Shown in pieces: positions 58,297 through 64,000 of a stretch of DNA of 64,000 bases (positions are counted from its first letter, which is position 1; each line of letters starts with the position of its first letter). Source of the stretch: Clostridiales bacterium UBA3678 (GTDB lineage Bacteria > Bacillota > Clostridia > TANB77 > CAG-508); contig DFJF01000007.1 of assembly GCA_002372935.1 (NCBI GenBank), forward strand, positions 86,019 to 150,018, written 5' to 3'. Below the pieces are notes generated by a model, which was not told the DNA's origin, searched no databases, and saw only the letters and a list, made by a program, of their open reading frames with translations. A program made the translations under genes and the position numbers.

Positions 58297-60765
58297 ATGA
58301 GTACAAATAGTTATAATGAAAAAAAAATAATAAAAAATAAATATGTTATAACTACAATATTTGTAATTATAACATATTTTTTATATTTAAAAATGATGGA
58401 AATATATCCATTTGGAGAAAATTCAATATTAAAAAGTGATTTGTATAAGCAATACATAAATTTTTTCTGTTATTTAAAGCAAATTTTAATTAATGATAAA
58501 AGTATTTTAATGTGCTGGAATTTGGGGCTTGCAAATAATTTTTATACAACATTTGCTTATTATCTAATAAGTCCAATTAATTTATTGGTAGTGTTTTTTA
58601 ATTTTAGTAATATTGATATTTTTGTAGAAATTGCTATAGGCATAAAAATAGTGCTAATGGCGAATTTTACACTATTATTTTTAAAATGTTCATACAATTA
58701 TAGTAAAAAAGAATCAATTATTTTTGGACTTATTTATGCATTTTCATCTTATGTTATATGTTATAGTTTTCATATTATGTGGCTTGATTGCTTATATATG
58801 TTGCCAATAGTTCTTTTGTTTGTTGATAAGTTTATAGATAATAATAAGATACTCCCTTTAATTTTAAGCTTAGCCTATGCGATTTTAACAAATTACTATA
58901 TAGGATATATGGTAGCTTTTTTTGCTGGAATATATTTTTTGACAAAATGTTTTATTGTAAAAAAGAAAAATTTTATCAAAAGTTTATTTAAATTTTTATT
59001 TGCGATATCAATTTCTTTTATAATAGGTATGATTGTGATATATCCTTCACTACTACAGTTACATGGAAAAATGAATATATCAAAAAATGCAGAATTAATA
59101 AAAATTGACAAGGAAAAAATAAGATTATTTATTAATGTAATTTTCAATAATTATATATATAGTTTTACTCAAAAATCATGTTTTATGTTTTCAAGTACAT
59201 TAATAATTCTATTATTACCAATGTACTTTTTAAATTCTAAAATTAGCAAAAGAGAAAAAATAGGGTATTCAATTGTTATCATATTTCTACTATTACCAAT
59301 AGTTTCACCTTTTTTAGATAAATTATGGCATTGTTTTACTGTGCCAAATTGTTTTAATTATAGATATTCATTTACATTGATATTTATAATGGTTTTAATA
59401 GGTGCAAGAGAATTTCAAAACAAAAGAGGCACAAAGAAAAAGGATTTTCTATTTAGCCTAATAATATTTTTTTTACTTACAATAATAGAATTAATTTTTA
59501 AACAAAAGGGATATTTGGAATTAGATGGATATATTGTTTCTTATAAATCTATTCTTGTATCTATAGTGATATATCTGACTTTTTTTGCAATAGTTTATTA
59601 TTTATATTTTGTAAATTCAAAATCAAAGAAAAATATTGTTTTTTTAGTTTTAATATTTGTAATAATGATTGACTTGTTGGTTGGGGCAAACAGTGGACAA
59701 AATAATAATGATAGATATTTAAAAAGAGATATGATTAGTCAATATGACAATTTTTGGAAATATTTAAAAAAAAATATTAAACAGCCAGAGACAGAAAGAG
59801 TTGTATTTTATCCAGATAAATATGGTAGCAATATGTCTTTAAAATATGGATATAGTGATATTGGATTTTTTTCATCTGCAAGAAACAGAGATATATTAAA
59901 ATCAATGTATAGATTGGGATATAATGTTCAGATGGATGAACAATTATGGATTACATCATATAGTGGAACATTTTTAAATTATGATATTGCAGGTGTAAAG
60001 TATTATATTACAGAACAAAAATTAGATGAGAATGAAATTTACGGATTTAATTTAATTGAAAAATATGACAATTTATATATTTATGAAAATAAAAATAATT
60101 TTAATATTGGATATTATTTATCAGATAATATTGAAGAAAGTTATAATCCATTTAAAATACAAAATGAATATCTTAATAATTTGACCTCAGGAAATAATGA
60201 TTATCAGTATTTTCAAGATCCTGAGAAATCTGAAATTTTAAATTGTAAAAAACAAAGTGAGAAAAATAATGAAACACAAGAATATACAATAAATTATGAA
60301 ATAGAGGCTAAAGATGACTGTAGTATATATATTTTTAGTGATTATAATTTGCAGGCATATGTAAATGGAAAAGAACAATTTGAAAATTATTCAAACATTT
60401 GGTCAACAGAAACAGGAATCAAGCAAGTTAAGCATTTGAAAAAAGGAGGAAAAGCTACTATAAAAATAGTAACTACAAATAGTTTGGATTCATTATATAT
60501 TTATGCTTCGAATAATAATAAAATACAAAATATTTTGAATGAAAAAGATAAAGATAATTATTTTTCAAATGTAAAAATAGAAAAAGATGGATTAACTGGA
60601 ACAGCAAATTTTAAAGATAATGGATATTTAGCATTTGCAATGTCTTATGATAAAAATTGGAAAATTTTTGTTGATGGAAATAAGGTAAAAACAGAAAATA
60701 TAGCAGGTTGTTTTATAGGAACTAAATTAGAAAAAGGAATTCATAAAATAAAAATAGTTTTTTAA
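58297..60765 (+). CDS. YfhO-family membrane protein (putative GT-C glycosyltransferase for teichoic-acid glycosylation)
   Basis: YfhO-type N-terminus (TM then IYPFGENSILKSDLYKQYINFF). More than ten TM helices plus a C-terminal extracytoplasmic domain. Start choice is uncertain: the ORF track begins at 58261. Confidence 0.65.
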   Translation: MSTNSYNEKKIIKNKYVITTIFVIITYFLYLKMMEIYPFGENSILKSDLYKQYINFFCYLKQILINDKSILMCWNLGLANNFYTTFAYYLISPINLLVVFFNFSNIDIFVEIAIGIKIVLMANFTLLFLKCSYNYSKKESIIFGLIYAFSSYVICYSFHIMWLDCLYMLPIVLLFVDKFIDNNKILPLILSLAYAILTNYYIGYMVAFFAGIYFLTKCFIVKKKNFIKSLFKFLFAISISFIIGMIVIYPSLLQLHGKMNISKNAELIKIDKEKIRLFINVIFNNYIYSFTQKSCFMFSSTLIILLLPMYFLNSKISKREKIGYSIVIIFLLLPIVSPFLDKLWHCFTVPNCFNYRYSFTLIFIMVLIGAREFQNKRGTKKKDFLFSLIIFFLLTIIELIFKQKGYLELDGYIVSYKSILVSIVIYLTFFAIVYYLYFVNSKSKKNIVFLVLIFVIMIDLLVGANSGQNNNDRYLKRDMISQYDNFWKYLKKNIKQPETERVVFYPDKYGSNMSLKYGYSDIGFFSSARNRDILKSMYRLGYNVQMDEQLWITSYSGTFLNYDIAGVKYYITEQKLDENEIYGFNLIEKYDNLYIYENKNNFNIGYYLSDNIEESYNPFKIQNEYLNNLTSGNNDYQYFQDPEKSEILNCKKQSEKNNETQEYTINYEIEAKDDCSIYIFSDYNLQAYVNGKEQFENYSNIWSTETGIKQVKHLKKGGKATIKIVTTNSLDSLYIYASNNNKIQNILNEKDKDNYFSNVKIEKDGLTGTANFKDNGYLAFAMSYDKNWKIFVDGNKVKTENIAGCFIGTKLEKGIHKIKIVF

Positions 60766-60945
60766 TAATTTAATAGAATGTCATAATAAGGACATTCTAA
60801 AATATTACAAACATGTTACAAAAAAATTAAATAATTGTGAATTTTTTGAGAAATCTATTGAAAAAAAAGTAGATTATTGTTATTATATATATGATATTTT
60901 TAAAAATAAATTTTAAACTTTTGGGTAAAAGGGGCATAAGTTGTA

Positions 60946-61632
60946 ATGATAGAATTTAGAAATGTAAAAAAAACATATAGTACAGGTACAAAAGCTATAA
61001 GAAATGCAAACTTTAGAATAGATAAAGGTGAATTTTGTTTTTTAGTTGGTACATCAGGAAGTGGAAAATCAACACTAATTAAATTAATTTTAAAAGAAGA
61101 AGAGCCTACATCTGGTAGTATAATTATTAATGGAAAAGATACTACCTTTCTTAAGCAGAGCAAGATTCCATATTTAAGAAGAAGTATGGGAGTTGTTTTT
61201 CAAGATTTTAGATTATTACCAGACAAAACAGTTTATGATAATGTAGCTTATGCAATGTATATAGTTAGGGCAACACCTAGACATATTAGAAGACAAGTAC
61301 CAATGGTATTGTCACTTGTTGGACTTAGTGGCAAAGCTAAAATGTATCCAAATGAGCTTTCAGGAGGAGAGCAACAAAGAGTAGCACTTGCAAGAGCATT
61401 AGTAAATAATCCATCAATGCTTATTGCAGATGAGCCTACAGGAAATTTAGACCCTGATACAGCTTGGGAAATAATGAGTCTTTTAAATGATATAAATATG
61501 AGAGGAACAACTGTAGTTGTAGCAACACATGCAAAAGACATAGTTGATAAAATGCAAAAAAGAGTTATTCAAATTGAAAAAGGCGAAATAATTAGAGATG
61601 ATAAAAAAGGCGGGTATGAAAGTGAAATATAA
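60946..61632 (+). CDS. ftsE: cell-division ABC ATPase FtsE
   Basis: GTSGSGKST, LSGGEQQRVALARAL and LIADEPTGNLD motifs. 228 aa. Confidence 0.85.
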   Translation: MIEFRNVKKTYSTGTKAIRNANFRIDKGEFCFLVGTSGSGKSTLIKLILKEEEPTSGSIIINGKDTTFLKQSKIPYLRRSMGVVFQDFRLLPDKTVYDNVAYAMYIVRATPRHIRRQVPMVLSLVGLSGKAKMYPNELSGGEQQRVALARALVNNPSMLIADEPTGNLDPDTAWEIMSLLNDINMRGTTVVVATHAKDIVDKMQKRVIQIEKGEIIRDDKKGGYESEI

Positions 61633-62518
61633 TATATTAACATATTTAATAGGAGAAGGTTTTTCAAATGTATTCAAAAACAGAAAACAAGCTATAATAT
61701 CAATTAGTATGATGTGCATTACAATGTTAATTTTTGGAATATTTTTTGTAATAGCTGAGAACATAAACCATTTTGTAGATGAGGTTGAAGGAGAACAAGG
61801 GATTCAAGTATACATGAAAAAAAATGTTACAGATGAACAAATTCAAACTTTAAAACAACAGTTACTTGCGATAGATGGTATAAATACAGTAGAATTTGTC
61901 TCTCAGGCTGATGCTTTACAAGAGGTTAAAGATAAATTTGGAGATAAAGCTTCATTATTAGAGGGACGTGATGAGAGTATTTTTCCAGTATCATACATAA
62001 TTACACTTACCGATTTAAGCAAATCATCAGAAATACAAGAGCAAATTTCAAAATTAGATAATGTCGGGGAAATAAGGAGCAGTAATGAAACTATTTCCAC
62101 TTTAGTAAGGATTGCAAGAGGTATAAGAATCGCTACTTATGTAATTTCTATTTGTTTAATTGTCTTTGCAATATTTATTATAACAAATACTATAAAACTT
62201 ACTGTTCACGCAAGAAGAAGAGAAATTTCAATAATGAAATATGTAGGTGCAACCAATGGTTTTATAAGATGGCCATTTGCTGTAGAAGGAATAATAATCG
62301 GATTAATATCTGGGGCCATTTCTATAGCTTTATTGTATGGTGTTTACTCATTAGCATTGAGCAATGATTCATTTTTAAGCTTTATATCAAAAATGGGCTT
62401 AACTTTATTACACTTTTCAGATATGTTTACCTTAATAATTTTGGTTTATTTAGTTTTAGGAATTGTAGTTGGTGTATTAGGAAGTACAATTTCAATGAGA
62501 AAATATTTAAAAGTTTAA
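61616..62518 (+). CDS. ftsX: cell-division permease-like protein FtsX
   Basis: One TM, extracellular domain, then three C-terminal TM helices. Directly downstream of ftsE. The ORF-track start at 61598 overlaps ftsE more extensively. Confidence 0.8.
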   Translation: MKVKYNILTYLIGEGFSNVFKNRKQAIISISMMCITMLIFGIFFVIAENINHFVDEVEGEQGIQVYMKKNVTDEQIQTLKQQLLAIDGINTVEFVSQADALQEVKDKFGDKASLLEGRDESIFPVSYIITLTDLSKSSEIQEQISKLDNVGEIRSSNETISTLVRIARGIRIATYVISICLIVFAIFIITNTIKLTVHARRREISIMKYVGATNGFIRWPFAVEGIIIGLISGAISIALLYGVYSLALSNDSFLSFISKMGLTLLHFSDMFTLIILVYLVLGIVVGVLGSTISMRKYLKV

Positions 62519-62547
62519 AATATCTATTCAAGAAAAAGGAGGATTAT

Positions 62548-63792
62548 ATGAATAATCTTGTAAAAAAACTAATAATATTAAGTATGTTATCTATAATATT
62601 TTTATATAGTAACATTAGTTTGGCAGCATCTATGAACGAGTTAAAAAATGAAAAAAATAATGTATCTAGTAGCATTTCAGAAACAGAGAAAGAATTAGAT
62701 GATATTTCAGATGAAAAATCTGAAACATTAGAACAAGTGGAGAAACTTATTACACAAATTTCAGATTATAAATCAGAAATTGATGAATTAAACACTAATA
62801 TTTCAAATTTAGAAACCAAAATATCTTCTACAGAAAAGAAAATAGCAGAAGATGAGGCAGAATACAAAAAAGAAGATGAAAAATTGAATGAAAGATTAGT
62901 TGCAATGTATCAATCTGGAGATACTACATATCTAGATTTCTTGCTATCATCTGCAAGTATAGTAGATTTTATTTCTAGTTATTATCTTGTATCAGAGGTC
63001 ACAGATTATGATACTAAAATGCTAGAAGAAATTGAAGAACATAAACAAAAAATAGAAAATGAGAAGGCAGAATTAGAAAATGATAAATCAGAACTAGAAA
63101 AGTCTAAAACAACAGTTCAATCAAAACAACAAGCTTTAGAAGTTGCTAAAAAGGAAAAAGATGAATACATAGACCAACTTACAGAAAAAGAAAAATCTGC
63201 ACAAGAAAAATTACAAGATTTGCAAGATACTAATGATGAATTAGACCAACAAATAAAAGAAGCTCAGGAAAAAATTGCTCAAGCAAGAGCAGCTGCTCAA
63301 GCAAGAGCAACAGCTAATACTGCAGGAAAAAATACTGGTATATCAACTACACACTATGCTCCTAGTTCAAGCACTGATACAAGTTCATCAGGATTTATCT
63401 GGCCAGTATATACAAGATATTCTGTTACAACAGGTTGGTACTATTCTTCTGGTAGCTTACATGGTGGAGTCGATTTCTCAGGTTCTGGAATTTGTGGCAC
63501 ACCGGTTTATGCAGTCTCTGATGGATATGTTGTTACATCTACAGCTAAAATGAGAAATGGTAAATATATAAGCTATGGAAATTATATTTTAATTGCACAT
63601 TATAATGGTTTATATACTTTATATGCACATTTAAGTTCAAGGAGTGTTTCAGCTGGGCAAACTGTTTCACAAGGTCAAGTAATTGGTACTGTTGGAAGTA
63701 CAGGGAACTCTTCAGGACCTCATTTACATTTTGAAGTTAGAACAAATGGTAAATTTGCTTCAAGAGTATATCCAATGAATTATTTACCATAA
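62548..63792 (+). CDS. coiled-coil M23 peptidase (EnvC-like FtsEX-associated peptidoglycan hydrolase)
   Basis: Signal peptide. About 230 aa of coiled coil. C-terminal M23 domain with HxxxD and HLHFE motifs. Confidence 0.8.
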   Translation: MNNLVKKLIILSMLSIIFLYSNISLAASMNELKNEKNNVSSSISETEKELDDISDEKSETLEQVEKLITQISDYKSEIDELNTNISNLETKISSTEKKIAEDEAEYKKEDEKLNERLVAMYQSGDTTYLDFLLSSASIVDFISSYYLVSEVTDYDTKMLEEIEEHKQKIENEKAELENDKSELEKSKTTVQSKQQALEVAKKEKDEYIDQLTEKEKSAQEKLQDLQDTNDELDQQIKEAQEKIAQARAAAQARATANTAGKNTGISTTHYAPSSSTDTSSSGFIWPVYTRYSVTTGWYYSSGSLHGGVDFSGSGICGTPVYAVSDGYVVTSTAKMRNGKYISYGNYILIAHYNGLYTLYAHLSSRSVSAGQTVSQGQVIGTVGSTGNSSGPHLHFEVRTNGKFASRVYPMNYLP

Positions 63793-63816
63793 GACAACTA
63801 AAATAAAGTTATTTAT

Positions 63817-63848
63817 GCTCAGAGCGGTAGGTGGCAAGCTCTGAGCAA
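63817..63848 (+). terminator. rho-independent terminator after the M23 peptidase gene
   Basis: tgctcagagc-ggtaggtggcaa-gctctgagca hairpin, followed by aattaaaaattt. Confidence 0.55.
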
Positions 63849-63905
63849 TTAAAAATTTAAAAACCTTTAAAAGGTGAAATTTTAAAAGTAAGGAATGATA
63901 AAAAA

Positions 63906-64000
63906 ATGGATGAAAATCAAAAATCAAAATCTAAAAATGTATATAAAATAATAATGTTAATCATTTTAACTGCATTTATAACCTTTATGGTAACATCATT
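63906..64000 (+). CDS. 5' end of a membrane protein gene (continues beyond the window)
   Basis: ATG after a GGAATGA RBS-like stretch. MDENQKSKSKNVYKIIMLIILTAFITFMVTS... is open to the window edge. Confidence 0.3.
   Translation, partial: MDENQKSKSKNVYKIIMLIILTAFITFMVTS

Noticed and set aside
60775-60798. Hairpin AGAATGTC-ataataag-GACATTCT after the YfhO-like gene
   Set aside because: It is followed by an A-run rather than a T-run on the coding strand. It is plausible only as a weak or minus-strand-oriented structure, and no gene requires it.

Overview
Low-GC (about 27-30%) Firmicutes, Clostridium-like chromosomal segment, almost entirely coded on the + strand. No CRISPR arrays, transposases or integrases were seen, and no species could be assigned.

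Gene order across the window:
- The tail of an ABC permease and an NMT1/THI5-type substrate-binding protein, followed by tRNA-Met/Ile2(CAT) on the minus strand.
- An ECF sigma / RsiV-like anti-sigma pair (SigV-type lysozyme-stress module).
- A metallophosphoesterase, a UDP-sugar pyrophosphorylase and TcdA.
- A five-gene carrier-protein-dependent O-acylation cluster: DltA-like ligase, PLP decarboxylase, DltC-like carrier protein, MBOAT and an SGNH/DltD-like protein. An ECF-type promoter (TGGAAC-N17-CGTC) sits directly upstream.
- Hsp20, a heterodimeric ABC exporter and a giant fused MacB/FtsX-type ABC protein.
- A small accessory patch: GH25/SH3b muramidase, a tRNA 3'-fragment-like sequence, a decayed ORF, and two orphan proteins.
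- Housekeeping genes: lepA, a TrmH-family methyltransferase, pta-ackA, der, tsaD, recG, rho.
- An unusual cassette: two paralogous P-loop proteins, a 48-aa protein, an MBL-fold hydrolase, and a GC-elevated Lnu/ANT(2'')-like nucleotidyltransferase.
- HU (minus strand), an LRR protein, a transglutaminase-like protein, and a rubredoxin-flavodiiron protein operon (the rubredoxin is below the ORF-track cutoff).
- yebC and the complete spoIIIAA-AH operon.
- A TagGH-type exporter with glycosyltransferases, and a CsbB/YfhO-like glycosylation module.
- ftsEX and an EnvC-like M23 peptidase.

Notable non-genic signals:
- A roughly 36-nt GC-rich box (CTTTCAAAAAGGGACGGTTCTTYTTTGAAAGAGAA) occurs three times, each about 40 nt upstream of a start codon. 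The copy downstream of lepA is expanded into an inverted pair plus three direct half-copies at 21-bp spacing.
- A perfect 12-bp palindrome lies immediately upstream of lepA.
- Four genes are split by +1 homopolymer insertions: der, spoIIIAB, spoIIIAF and the second P-loop paralog. Systematic sequencing error is the most likely cause.
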